The notes under the pieces were generated by a model. That model saw only the letters and a program-made list of their open reading frames with translations, did not search any database and was not told the DNA's origin. Of a stretch of DNA of 64,000 nucleotides, positions 36,701-49,413 are shown in pieces. The translations under genes and the position numbers were made by a program. Numbering within the stretch: position 1 is the first letter of the stretch; the number at the start of each line of letters is the position of its first letter. The stretch is from Antedon mediterranea (taxonomy: Eukaryota; Animalia; Echinodermata), in NCBI RefSeq assembly GCF_964355755.1, contig NC_092672.1:11098001-11162000 (forward strand), in the 5' to 3' direction.

Positions 36701-39700
36701 ATTTAGGCTCTGTTCAAACGTAAATATTTAGTTTACTAATGTAATTTAGAGGCTGCTGTTGCCTTACCACTACTACTGTACTATCGTGAATAATAAACAA
36801 AATTGAACGAAAGCCCCCGCATTAAATGATTAATTTAATTAATTTATTTGATAAATACGGCATTAATAACCATTACGACTGTTCAAATGAAATAATTATT
36901 TTAGGCTACTATGTTAATTATTGCGTCATGTACTAAACTAGACACAATATAATAGCTCGCTGTAAAATTCACAGTGAAATAACATTCTTTATTATTATTA
37001 ATAAGCAAGATTTGTCACACCAATGTACAGTTTTTTAGATTAAAGGATAGCTATGGGTTTAAAATTTCTATTGTTTCTAGAAAAAAATATAAATCTTCCC
37101 ATCAATATTTCATAATAACCACACCTACTGTATTTTCAGGCAGTGGTTAAAGATGTAGTGTCCCCCTGAAAAATAATTCTTAACAAAATTGTTGTTGAAT
37201 ATGTCATTTTATTTTAACATAATAGTTATCCACTTTGACAAAAAATTGGATCTAAAAAAATTTTTTTTACCTGAAAAAACTTTAATTTAAAGCAAAAAAT
37301 GGTGAAATTGGCTGCCAGCCAATGGGTTTTTGGTTGAATTTAACCATTTATTTTGTCATTTTATAAGCGAAAACATTATTTTTTAAAGGTTTTTTTTTCT
37401 ATAGAAGTTATTAACTTTAGGCCTATTAAAACTACAAAAACATATTAAAAGTCTGATTTAATTAATCTTCATATTTCATGTTTTTGGGGGACAAAACATC
37501 TTTAAGCAGAATAAGTGTCGTGAAATAAGTGGTGCTCGAGACTTTTCATAATGTTATACAATGATGGTAATTTTCAACCAATCACAATCATTAACCGGGT
37601 AATAATAATAGTATTTATTTTTATTTATTTATTTATTTCAAAACCCAACCAACAGCAAAATAAATTCGGCAATAACAGGAGGGTAAACACAAAACGGATA
37701 CAAATACATGAACAATGGCAAAAAATAAATAAATAAATAAAAAATTCAAAATATATAAAATTGATTGTTCTTTTGATTGATGTTTTTCACAAATTGTCAC
37801 ATATTTACATACTGTATAATGAGAATGTTATTTTGGTTGTTAGGAAAGTTTATATTTTAAAATAAACAATAGACATTTTAAATCTGGAGCTACGTCCGTT
37901 AAAGAATTACACTAATAAATAACTCTAAAGCTCCGTCTACATTATCAAACGTTATGTGACAACAAATGTGACGTGCCCATGTATGGACACGATGATGTTA
38001 TATGAAGCTTGCGTCTGTTGTACGATTAGAACCCTCATGAAGTTAACTTGACACGCAGCCTACACCTAAACCATGGACCTATACATTTAGACCTAATGTA
38101 TATAGGTCCATGGTAGGTCCATGGACAAACTATATAATACGTATTCATCAAATCACGAACGCGGATTGAGTTCATGCTAGTTTTGCATCGACTAGGCCTA
38201 GCCTAGGTCGATTTGATAATATGACTATCATATCTGTTAGTTCATGCCTTGCTGAAACGTTTTTACTTCAAAAATCATTCTTCTGGAATAGTTATCAGTG
38301 TCGTTGATAACATTGATACGCATATAGAAATCGCCTCACAGTTTCAGTAGCACAATCGAAAATTCGTATCACACGCAGATCACTCGCGGTGCTCTGTATA
38401 CAAGTTGATGACGTGTGGGTATGGGATATTACACATTTACATATTTACCCGTTTTGCAAGTTCACATGCAATCTGGGTTCCAGACGGAGTTTTGTCTTAA
38501 TATTAGTAAAAAGATATTTTGGCACATATGGCGTTTCATACGTATACTACTTGATTTTATTTTCAGACTAAATTCGAAAAAAACAAATTAAAAAAAACAC
38601 AATATAGACTTGGGGCAAGTCTAGTACACATGTAATAACCCACGCACATGCCTGGCGCAAAACTGAGTGTAGGCCCTATATCAGAATAACACATTTACGA
38701 TAAAAGAGCACACTAAATAATAATACTAACCACCCGAAAGTGCTCATCGCAATTCAGACTAGAAAACATGTTTTTTTAAGTATCAATCTCATCTTATGGA
38801 ACTCAACACGGAATAATCATAAAATGTTTAATTGCTTTAGATAAGGACGTTAAAACTATCCAAATATAATCATACTAGATTGAATGATGAAAGTGCAGCA
38901 TTCGACCACGCAGTAACCCAAACGAGAGATATTGATATTAGTCAATTAATGCATGATTCTTTACAATTGACGTAATTAAAACATCGCCAAACATCATAAC
39001 ACTATGTGTTTCAGAATCCATTACTAATATGATCTATTCTTAACGATTAATGGAGTGGAGCGCCGAGTGCTAGTTCTGATTGTAATTTACTTTAGACCTA
39101 TTTATTTATAATTCAATTTAAATGCATCAAATATCGTATACATAACAGAATTGAAAGAAGATTCTCCTCAACCAAGAATAAATACTACTTTTACAAGAAT
39201 ACGATAATAATAAAACGTAATAATTAACAGTATAGTTTTCCGTCAGTAGTTTTATATAACACCTAATCGATTATTGTCATTTGATTGGACAATTGTGGGT
39301 CACATGATAAAAAATAGGAGCGATGTATTACGATTTGTATCGGCTGTAAATGCCCATCTAACGATCGACGATAAATATAAGCATGCATTTTTTTAAATAT
39401 AAAACAAAAGAAATTAGAAAGGTTTTCGTTCTAAAACTATAGGATAATCATTTAATGCTGTATTTGATAAAAATAATATTTTTTAAATTCTCATAAAATG
39501 ACGTCATGATAAATAAAAATAATAAAATCGTATCGTAAAAGTATTGTCACGATATCTTTTCTCTTACTAATCATGACGTCATTTGATTGGACGTGTGAAA
39601 GTATCATTTTTATTGTTTTTAGTGTTGTGTTTATTGTTTTATGTTTTTTATGTAAAAGGGTCCTGCGAAAACAGAAGTGTAAACTTCTCTATGCAGGATC

Positions 39701-42700
39701 CTTGTCATCATTTATGCTATGAAACTGTATTTATAAACGATGAGTAAATAAATGTGAATTGAATTGAATTGAATTGAATTATAAAAGGAAGCATGTATAG
39801 TTCTAGGATGAAAAGTTATATTTTATTTTATGTATGAAAAATGCATATTTGTCTATCGTCGATCTTTATCGTCCTAGTGTAAATAGGCCATGAGCCTGGA
39901 TAGCGCGACCCTTGACAACAGCATAGCAACATTTCTTTGCGCATGCTCAAGCGCGAGAGCACAGTTGGGTGTGTGGGGAAGGCGATCGCCGGTTGCAGTT
40001 TTGCTCTGTCGCGAGTGACGATACAATATTACTAAATTACATGGTGATGCATCTTAAAAAACACAAACAAATAATTAAATAATAAATTAAAAAAAAATAG
40101 GTATCCTAGAGGCTATGATCCTTCCTTCACCTGAGTGTACACACTCAGTTATGACTAGTAAGTAGACAATTATATGTACTATTGTAAATACTGTACACTT
40201 TTATTTATAGAAAGTTTTAATTGATTTTTTGAATTCGTTTTTAACTGTCAAGCAAATATTCTTACGTAAATCTACGTCATTGTAGACGCCATACATAAGC
40301 CGAAGATACGTACAAATCTGTTCAATTATTCGTATTTCATTAAAGAGATGAGTAACTATCATAACAATAATCACAAGGATGTCTCTATAATTTGTACAAT
40401 AATCTTTTAATATGCATGGTAATTAAGATACAATTTAGAGTGTTCTAGAGTTTTAGAGTGTTGTCTACATAAAAAAAACCAATATGAAATATGAAAACAA
40501 CTCGTTGAGAATATAAAGCAACAATATATACAAGAGAAAAAACCCCCATTATAATTACAAAAATATGATAAATTCAAACTGTCTAGTAAAGTTTCAGCTA
40601 TAAATAAGTGTATTTTAATGAATTAAATATCGGGAGGATCACGTCCATCATGGAAGGTTAAGTTAAGAGTTGGGTGAAACACATAATATTATACTGTATC
40701 ATGGAATTTGCCTAAGATACGGTACTGAGAATATCGGATTATTGAGTCAGACAAAAATCTAAACGCTATCTGGTAGACAAAAACATAAAAGGATAGCCTC
40801 ACTAACTGGAGACTTGGGTTAGGGTTAGATTGAAAGCCATGCGATAGTGTTAAGCTTTTACCTTCGGGCCAATTTACACAGACGAGCGGTAACGGTAAGC
40901 GGTAATTGTAAGCGAAAAACCGCGTGGCTTTTCCCATTTACGTACACAGCTGCGCACGGAGTTCGCGAACGGAGTGGTGGAAAGAAGGTGCATGTAGGCC
41001 TCGAGGCTAATGCATGTTACAGTCACTGCTGGCCTGGATGTGACTGACTGTCAGTAGGCCTAGCACACACAGACCTAAGTTTTAGAGGGACTTGTTGCCT
41101 AATAACGTACTAAAATGTTTATTTTATTTTCACTATCCATATACGAACAATTAGTCACGTCGTAGGTGTTTGTATTTCTGAATAAAAAGAAGTTGCAAAA
41201 CTGGCTAGGCCTACTACGGCACTCGTATTTTTTGTCGTCTTTTAATCGACGGACGCAAAAAAAAGTTGTTGACAGATGACGTCATTTCAATTATGTCGTT
41301 GGTTGGCCAGAATCCATAATTACCGCGCGGTATTTTCACAAAATCGAATCTGTTTCGATCCTGAGCGGATCTCCGCTCAACCGCTCGTCGCTCCGCGTTC
41401 TGTGTAAATGGTCATAAGAAATAACATAGATTCTATTTTTGCGTTTTCCGCTCAACTTTACCGCTTACTGTTACCGCTCGTCTGTGTAAATTGGCCTTGG
41501 TTGAAACAGTAACATTTCCAAATTCTTCCATAAAATTTTCCTCAGAAAAATTATTTTATTGAATCTTTTATTTTTGACAGATTCAAGTGATGATTCTAGC
41601 ACAAATCATACATTTATAGTAGCAGTGTCACTTATCATATGCCTGTTTGGTATGTCAGCATTAATTCTACGAATAGGGTAAGTTCCCCGTCACAATGATT
41701 AAGATAATAGCGAACTTTCACATCGGGACGGTAAACGAAAGCAACGATAATTTATAACGATATCTGGCCAGTTTGCCGACTGGCTATGTAAATTGGCATG
41801 TGCACAGTCTAGCTGGCCCACGACCTAGGACGCACCTCACTAGGATTGTTGTCTAGGTCGTCACCTGGGAGAACCGCAACAACAAATATCCAGGAATCAA
41901 GTGAGTAAAAAATATGCACGTTGCGACGACCTAGGACGCACCTCGCTGGGATCGTCACCTAGGGGATAACCGCAACAACAAATATCCAGGAATCGAGTGA
42001 TTGGAAACAATAAACATTATAGTCTTATGTTCTATAAATATTTAAAAGATATATAATATTATACATATTTAAAAAGCCGATTAACTTTCATTTTGAGGCT
42101 GCATAAAAATATATTTTCTGTACTGTAAAAAAACTCAGAAAACGCGGTTGTCGTATTGTTTGTCAAATAAAAGAGTTGGAATCTTTTGCTCTATAAATGA
42201 ACGGGCCGCGTGTCGAGGTTTATGTAATGATCTAGCTTCATGACATTTGTTCAACAAAATGTTGGAAGACCACAGCAGGCTGTACCGCGAGTTCCGACTT
42301 TTAACAGGAAGTTAGCTGCTAACCGATTTTTAACCGATAATAATAATAAAACCAACAGATACTGTAGTAGCTCAGATCTAATCTGTTGGCACAGATTGGA
42401 AGTCGGACAAATAGTTCTCCATATCAAGGCCTATTAAAGAAAATAATGTTAAGTGGGCCTATAAGGCTACAAACAGGCAAAAATATACAGTAGGTTAAAT
42501 CTAATAGCTAATCTGTGCCTACGGTACTATTGTTACGTATCTTACTTAACAGTTCTTTTCAGAACTATACACACGTGGTGTACTGCAAACTTTATATCAA
42601 CATATTTTACTCCCTTCCTGATACACGATGCGCAGTGCCCGAGAACTTATTTTTTTGGTTATGAATTCTATTCCTGCATTTCTTCTTCTATTCTCTGCTG

Positions 42701-45700
42701 CCTTAAGATGACATCATCAGTGCTTAACATAATTAGAAGCACCTGTAATCTTCTTCCGTGATTTCACCTTTTCATGCATCAATCAACTCTTTATAATGCT
42801 GAAAGATGATTTATAGAGATTTTCAGTCAAATCTCGATAATTACGCGCGCGGGTGTTAAGAGTACGAATAAACGTGTAATGTCTTTGTATTGGGTGTGAC
42901 CGAAGTGTTTGAATTGAACAATGTATAAAACAGCGAATTGAGCACTTTGTAGACTTATTATAAACTTATTATCTTATCTTTTTATGGTTTCTTAATTAAG
43001 ATAGTTCGGCAAGATTTCGCAATTAGCAAACGGTAAGAGTATTAAGGATAACACTGGGGGAATATACAGTAAATCTGCCCCTAGACGGAAATCGAAAAAA
43101 AATATGTTTATCTTTGTCTACACTATCAAACTAGTTTGACAAAAAATGTGCCTAAATATGTTAGTGATATGCTTAAATATGGTAGTGATATGACATCAGC
43201 ATGTCCATAAATAGGCACATCCCATTTTATTTTTTCAGATTAAGTTTGATAGTGCAGCCAGAGCTTTGGGCAGTTTGGGTAACCCCCGTTTGTATGGGTA
43301 AATATTGCGTACTACGTCACACATTCTGTGTAGCGTGACTTCAATACCGTCCGATATATTTTCGATGCGTTTCGACGTGCGGAATGCATTTCACACGTTT
43401 AGATTTATTTGTTGAAAATTATATTAATTTAAGAGTTTTAGTATAAAAATGTTTAAGAAAACACAAAGAAGTCAATCTGAATGAAAGGACAAAGCATCTA
43501 TTAGATGTTATATAAAAACAAATAATGAATGTTTTATATTCGTGCTATGGTAAACATAATTTCTTTCGGTGAAAGGTGAAATGTCATATTCTCATGACTC
43601 GACGGTTGCATTGTTAAAATATAGCCTTTCTTCGTTCATCTCTTAAACTTATTTGTACATTCATTATTTTTAAACTACAGCATTGGCCTAGTTTAACTTT
43701 GCATACGATAATATTTTCAGAAATAGATGGAAAAAACGTGTAATAGTAATAGAGGAGAAGAGAAGGGAACGACTGAAGGATTCCAATTCACAAGTAAGAT
43801 AACACATTTAATGATGATATTAATGTCCTAATACTCCTCCATTGTTGTCGCATTCATGGGTATGAAGATTAGTGATAGAGCGCAGTTCACGATCAAGTGG
43901 AATTGTAATTTGGTGTGAAAAATAAGGTTTAACGCAAATAGCGTGAGCGATGCCTGATAGGACCACAGTATACAGTTTTTAGTATACAGATGGCGCTTGC
44001 TCTCAATTCCTTCCCATCATGCATCATTCACTTGAGATAAAACCTATAACCACACTCTTAATAAGCATATTAGAATATCTATATGTCTGTATGTTTATTA
44101 TATACTAACTAACTATATAGCAACGTAACAACTTGTGGTCAATGACCAGAGAGAAAAACACCAATAATGTGAACAAATTGAAACCTCTTAGACATTTGTC
44201 GGCTTTAACCACCATCTTCATGTTAAAACAGCTCACTTTTTTTCATAGGCTGTTTTTTCCTTTAAATTTTCTTTTCATTTCATCCCTGCCAATCGTCGAT
44301 CCATAAATTTAATCTCTCTTCTTTAATAATAGACACATTCCAATTATTCTCATTTACTCATTATGCATCTTTCTCAACCAAGTCTAATATAGTATAAACA
44401 TTACCAATATTTTTCTAAACTAAAATAATAATTATTCTCCAAAGTATAATTATATAATAAATCCAAGGCAATGAAATACATACAAGCATGATTCTGTTCA
44501 CATTTCCATAAATGATGTCATCCTCCTAAATCCAATTAATGCAGTATTCCTCATGATGACAATAATCAAAATATTTTATATAATCTTTTAACCTCTGTCT
44601 GTGTAATATCACTTACATATTCATTGATAAATAGATAGATAGACATAACCTTCACAATATTGTTTATCATTGCAATAAAAGTGGGTTGTCCCCACAAAAG
44701 AGAAAAAAAAAATGATGAGAATATTTGTTTCGAAATACTGAATACTTTTTCGGCTTTCATTTGCATTTCATTGGTTCATTGAGTATTATATTACTATATA
44801 TTACTTTTGCACTAAAGTGGAGTATTAGCCATGATATTTTTAAAAGCAACAATTAATTGAGTGTATGTTATTTTTCATTTTTCAGAATAAAAAGCGTCCA
44901 ACAATAGATAAACCACTCACAGTTCGAATGCCATCAATCATAAACGTCAGACCAACAAGAAACCAAAGTATCCGCAGATCTATGATTGGAAAACATGAAA
45001 AGAATTCTAAGCCGCCAACAACCCAATATCATAATGCTACTATTATTACTACTACTCCAAACTCACCTAAACGAAATCGAACCCTTGAGGCTTTAATTGA
45101 AATAGGAGCATTGCCAAAAGAACTAGTTGGTGCTGAAAAGGACAAAAAGCAACGTCCTGAGATCACGCCTGTAGAAAAGGAACTCCTGTCCAACGTCTTT
45201 CTTGAGAAATGGCCAAACGCATTTGACAATCTCGGCTTAGATTTTGACTCTCAAGAAGAGATAAACTTGACACCGTCGACAAAATTTGGGCCAGATACGG
45301 ATTTGAAGCAAATGACAATCATACCAGAAATATTATCTGACGAAAAAGACACGTCGTCATCGCAGAGTTGTACTGAATTGACAATTGAGAATTCGGGAAC
45401 AGAAAGTGCAACAGATCTGAAAGGAAACCGATATGATAAACGCAGAAAAAATGTTAAATTTGCCAGACGATCTATGTCGAATGACTCCGGGTTTAGTGAT
45501 AACATTCGCTTACATGATTTTCGTTCAACACTTGTAAACCCAATTAAAGAAGAATTTCCAGCCTCTATACCGATAACGGCAGAAGACATACATGCGGTTT
45601 ATTCAGACGACTCTCCAGATGGTCTCGGTATACTCTCTTCCATACGTGATCGCGCCTTCAGACGGGGAAGCAAACGTAAACGTCTCCAGGATACCACAGC

Positions 45701-46157
45701 TATGCGTCATGGTGAATACTCAGAAAAAAACTCGGACGCCGATCAATCATCCAGTGAAACCGGAGGTAATGAAACCGCATCTGACGATCAAAATCCAAAA
45801 AAGCTGTTGGTGCCTTCTATTAGTGACACACTTACCTACGAAAATGAAATGACACACTCCGGTTCCAGTAATAGACACCACAACAGCTACTTTCGTAGAA
45901 CAAAACCACGTGACCATTATTGGCAACAACGGCACCAGAAGGCTTGCGACGTATCCACACAAACATCTTACGTACCGATAGCCGCGTCTCCAATAAGCTG
46001 GGTTTATGAAGACAATGCGACAGTATTACGGCCGAGATCCGAATTTGAACTTGACTTCCTAGGACGTATTTATTTAGCCGAGAGTCTTTTTGATGATAGC
46101 AGTGTAACGTTGGTAGCTAAGAATAAAGATTCTTGTCCGAACTTTAAAAACGTATGA
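29842..46157 (+). CDS. Uncharacterised type-I single-pass membrane protein, about 771 aa; exons 29842-30715, 41581-41677, 43721-43793, 44886-46157
   Basis: Splice phases 1/2/0 join into one 2316-nt frame: signal peptide (MTHSLSSYAVLLEIVRILFLACIHEAGSA), S/T-rich ectodomain, TM (FIVAVSLIICLFGMSALILRI), basic stop-transfer (RWKKR), long tail. Extra phase-symmetric exons cannot be excluded. Confidence 0.8.
30870..31705. repeat. 89-bp minisatellite built from roughly 20-bp gcatgccctagtgtgcac subunits
   Basis: Period measured 31321 to 31410; degenerate subunits at both edges. Confidence 0.9.
32319..36220 (-). mobile_element. Academ (AcademX-type) DNA transposon, internally deleted and frameshifted
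   Basis: Ends TAGTCAGGTAGCTTAGCAA / TTGCTAAGCCACCTGACTA; 3-bp TSD TAC (32316-32318, 36221-36223); TIRs of about 500 bp; transposase, XPG-like and Cys-finger coding relics. Confidence 0.85.
32930..35500 (-). pseudogene. Academ transposase / XPG-like nuclease / Cys-rich finger pseudogene
   Basis: Motifs TFDQPL, GGLHIE, NYSRWLPV, SAIPIDQAHEQENK, VLDG, EEADTR, DTDV, HSL.SGC.TTSAF, CGCK..C..CKC across broken ORFs 34881..35465, 33479..34555, 33106..33534, 32930..33154; N-terminus missing. Confidence 0.85.
37151..37501. mobile_element. Kolobok-like non-autonomous element, copy 2
   Basis: TTAA|AGATGTAGTGTCCCC ... GGGGACAAAACATCT|TTAA; reverse-complement homolog of 8093-8447. Confidence 0.8.
39640..39780 (+). 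mobile_element. 3' tail of a CR1/L2-like LINE or SINE with stem-loop and (GAATT)n tail
   Basis: agggtcctgc..gcaggatcct stem; almost identical copy at 55528-55666. Confidence 0.75.
40867..41496. mobile_element. Harbinger-like MITE
   Basis: TIR of about 39 bp, GGCCAATTTACACAGACGAGCGGTAAC(G/A)GTAAGCGGTAA; partial inverted copy from 47826. Confidence 0.8.
41581..41677 (+). CDS. TM-protein exon encoding the transmembrane helix
   Basis: tttttgacag acceptor, GTAAGT donor; DSSDDSSTNHTFIVAVSLIICLFGMSALILRIG. Confidence 0.8.
43112..43265. mobile_element. Short MITE family (TIR ctgtctacactatcaaact); other copies about 36363-36471, 37929-38000, 49955-50040
   Basis: Inverted ends and a shared internal gtagtgatatgacatca..tgtccata. 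Confidence 0.7.
43721..43793 (+). CDS. TM-protein juxtamembrane exon
   Basis: attttcag acceptor, GTAAGA donor; NRWKKRVIVIEEKRRERLKDSNSQ; phases match both neighbours. Confidence 0.78.
44886..46157 (+). CDS. TM-protein terminal exon: long cytoplasmic tail
   Basis: tttttcatttttcag acceptor in frame with the 430-aa ORF 44865..46157. Confidence 0.85.
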   Translation, partial: NKKRPTIDKPLTVRMPSIINVRPTRNQSIRRSMIGKHEKNSKPPTTQYHNATIITTTPNSPKRNRTLEALIEIGALPKELVGAEKDKKQRPEITPVEKELLSNVFLEKWPNAFDNLGLDFDSQEEINLTPSTKFGPDTDLKQMTIIPEILSDEKDTSSSQSCTELTIENSGTESATDLKGNRYDKRRKNVKFARRSMSNDSGFSDNIRLHDFRSTLVNPIKEEFPASIPITAEDIHAVYSDDSPDGLGILSSIRDRAFRRGSKRKRLQDTTAMRHGEYSEKNSDADQSSSETGGNETASDDQNPKKLLVPSISDTLTYENEMTHSGSSNRHHNSYFRRTKPRDHYWQQRHQKACDVSTQTSYVPIAASPISWVYEDNATVLRPRSEFELDFLGRIYLAESLFDDSSVTLVAKNKDSCPNFKNV

Positions 46158-49100
46158 TAGATTGCTCAACTGTACAGTTGGTTGCGTTGGCTAATTGCGA
46201 TGTTCTGAGTAAAATTATTTATTTAAAAGTATTGCTTGATGATAAAAAAACAAACAACGTTCTATATTATTAATTGGAAAAACATCAATGATTTAGCCCG
46301 TTTTTTCTTCTTAATGATAAACGAATTTAATTTAAAAACAAATTTAAAATTACGTCCAAACAAAAATTATTAGACAAATAAATGTGTTTTAACAGTATTG
46401 CGTTGCAAACAGTTAGAAGTAGCAGTAACAGATCTGAAAAGAAACTGATATGATAAACGCAGAAAAAAGTTCATCATTGAATCAAACTTTATTCCACATG
46501 ATCGGAAAGTGCCTTTTTATTAACTACTGGAACTTGGAATAGTTTTACACTATGATTGTGGTGGCATGTGGTTGTTGTATAATAAAGAGGGTTTTTTGTC
46601 ACCACTGCACTTGTAATCACGGAAAGAGAGAACTCCTAATCAACTCAGCCATAATGCTACATGTGTATCTCCTCCGTTGTTGATTTAACTACAGGGAAGG
46701 CACTACACCCGTAAAACGTTCAGCTTCGTTTCCTCAGGAGGGAATAGTACACAGGTGTAGTAGTTTAGGCATTTAGTCCTACATCATCTACATCCATGCA
46801 GTCAAAATACCGGCGTCTAAGCTTAGTTCTCACGTGACGTAGACGCAGCACATTTGAGATATTAACCAATAACAAGCGACAGTTCTACATGATCCATTGG
46901 CGTCATGATTGGTCAGTCGCTCCGGTGTAACAACTGCGAGTTTGTTGCGGACACATAGTGTAAACGGGGTATGAGTGATGTGTAAAGCAGAGATGATATA
47001 ATGAAAATGAATTATGATAATGAAAAGAGTTCACATCAACTTATTAATAATGTCAGTTGTCCAAACTGTGCCTTCAGTTATACGGATGCATCCGATTCTC
47101 GGTACTGTAAATCTAGAGTTTCTACAGTATCAAAGGAATATTCCTTCACCTAACCTATACATGAGAGCACTGCATGTGATCAAATAAGATGCTGTCCAAT
47201 TTCTATTATAATCGTCAATTATTGTAATATGTAGATATACAGCACTGAGAATTGGATAAAGAAATGTTGAAATATTATGCACAACATTATAAACAGTGCA
47301 ATGCGTTTGAATGAAAATAAGCCTTGTCAATATTAGCGTATATAAAAGCCTCTGTCATTACGTTAAGAGCAACTTTTGAAAGTTTCTTCAATTATTTATA
47401 CATAATTTGTACTGGTTGATGTTAGTGTAAATGTAATTAATTTTAATTCGTTAAAAGCTAGGGGGGAATCGATGCATGAGTTTATGATGTGAATTTGCAA
47501 TCATAATTTCCAGTTGATCTGCCATGTAAAATAGAAGACGAATGGCATATTGATCCAAGATCCTATGGTTCTATTATCATCCGGTTCGGCCATCATGCCT
47601 TGCTCTACCTTTGTTCACACGTCACACTGTATGCATGATTAACAAACTGTTGACAACCCTCACACTTTTGCACAGGCTCCCGTCCGTCTTAACATTTTCT
47701 TATTCTAATTGCACAATTAGTATTTCTTATAATAATTATAACGACTGCCTTTATGTTTTTAATAACGATTGTGGTCCTCGTGATCTGTTGATTTTGCTTA
47801 CAAAATAATGTACACCCCTCCTTAAGGCCAATTTACACAGACGAGCGGTAACGGTACGAGTAAATCAAAAATATAGAACCGATGTTATTTCTTATGACCA
47901 TGACGGACTGCTGAGCGGAAATCCGCTCAGGATAGAAACAGATTCTACATCTGTTCAAATTTGGTTAAATTTAGGATCAAATTTAGTTATAATTTTATTT
48001 TCCTTTGCTTCTGTCCGTAATGTATTAAAGCGAACTTTTCTTTTAGAAAATTGATAGTTTTTATATGGTAATGGTACGAATTTCAAAATATTCGTTTACT
48101 TATTTGGGTGTGACGTGTCGGTGAATAAGTTTTAATGATCTAAGTTAGTTATCAAACTTGCCAACATTAACAAGCAAACAAAACAACAATAGTCCTATAG
48201 CGCGTCACGAAAAAGGCGTAAAACAGATATGCTAGTCTGGGTTCCAGACGGAGTTTTGACTTAATATTAGCAACAAGATAAATATGTTTGCACATATGGC
48301 GCTTCATACGTATACTACTTGAGCTTGTATTTTCAGACAAAACTCGAAATAAAAAAAAATTAATTGGGTCAAGTCTATATACATGCACGCATTTTTATGT
48401 AACTATCGACGTAAATATGTTCAACTTGCTTGAAACATCCTCTGGCCGGATTCAAACTCGAGCTGTTATAATCATACTACGTAGACAGTTCATAAAGAAA
48501 ACATAATATATAATTTCTGTTATTAAAATTGTTCACGTGGTATGATCGTAAGTTACGTAAAAAAACCGCAAAACAAAATAACATCCTCTAGCCGGATTCG
48601 ATCCAACGAACGATCATAAAACCTTGACAAAATAAACATTTCTATTTTCTTTTAGGTATCAGTGGTTTTTTTTTTATAACGTAACTTACCGTTGTAGATT
48701 ACGATCTAATACGATAGCATGTTTGTTATTTTGTTTATTTTTAAAATAAAAAAGTATTGATTTATAAATTATATAATTTTGCCTATGACTACACGATGTA
48801 TACAATTTACAATTGATATTTAAGGAGTATTAATTAATTGTTCTTTAATAATCTAATAAAAAAAACATTTAGGGTCAGAATTATTGGTAACAGCACATTG
48901 ATATTATAGTATGGTGATTTTTTTTACGTGAGCGTTAAACAAGTTTCAGACTGTTGTGTGCACGCAACTTACTCGCAATGCATACGCAACTTACTTAAGC
49001 CGAACCTCATTATTTTTGGTAATTTGTGCAATAAAATATAACTAGCTACTTCTTGTTATTGTTATTTTTGTTTCGTTCTCCATGCTGAATGTTCTTTTTA

Positions 49101-49223
49101 TTTTGCCTCTGTGAAAAAGAATTTTTTTTTTACTGTACCGCTTCTCGGGACGACGAGATAGTGACGACATAATAATGCAGAGAAAACGAAGATGTTAATA
49201 TTGTTACACTAGTTGTGATAACA

Positions 49224-49413
49224 AATCCAAAGGCAAATTACTGAAAAAAATGACAATGCTGTGGGTATCAGTGGCTGGATCTTAATGGAGATACAAAAAT
49301 AAAAAGCGAAAAGCTAAATCAAAACGATAAAGTAAACAGCCAGAAAAGTTAACAGAGCTTTCGGGCAACACTAGCCCTTCATCAGTGCAAGTGAAGGAAT
49401 TTGGATAACGTCA
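49224..49413 (-). mobile_element. About 190-bp hammerhead-carrying retro-element, copy 2 (best preserved)
   Basis: Flanked by 13-bp TSD AGTTGTGATAACA (49211-49223, 49414-49426); homologous to 6644-6830. Confidence 0.8.
49350..49390 (-). ncRNA. Minimal type-I hammerhead ribozyme motif
   Basis: Minus strand: UUGCA CUGAUGA A GGGC-uaguguu-GCCC GAAA GC UC UGUUA. Complete catalytic core, 4-bp stem II, palindromic AGCU stem III. Confidence 0.72.

Noticed and set aside
40867-41496. GGCC-ended MITE as the source of the TAGGCCTA scars
   Set aside because: Its flanks here and at 47826 are not TA duplications, so the link is unsupported.
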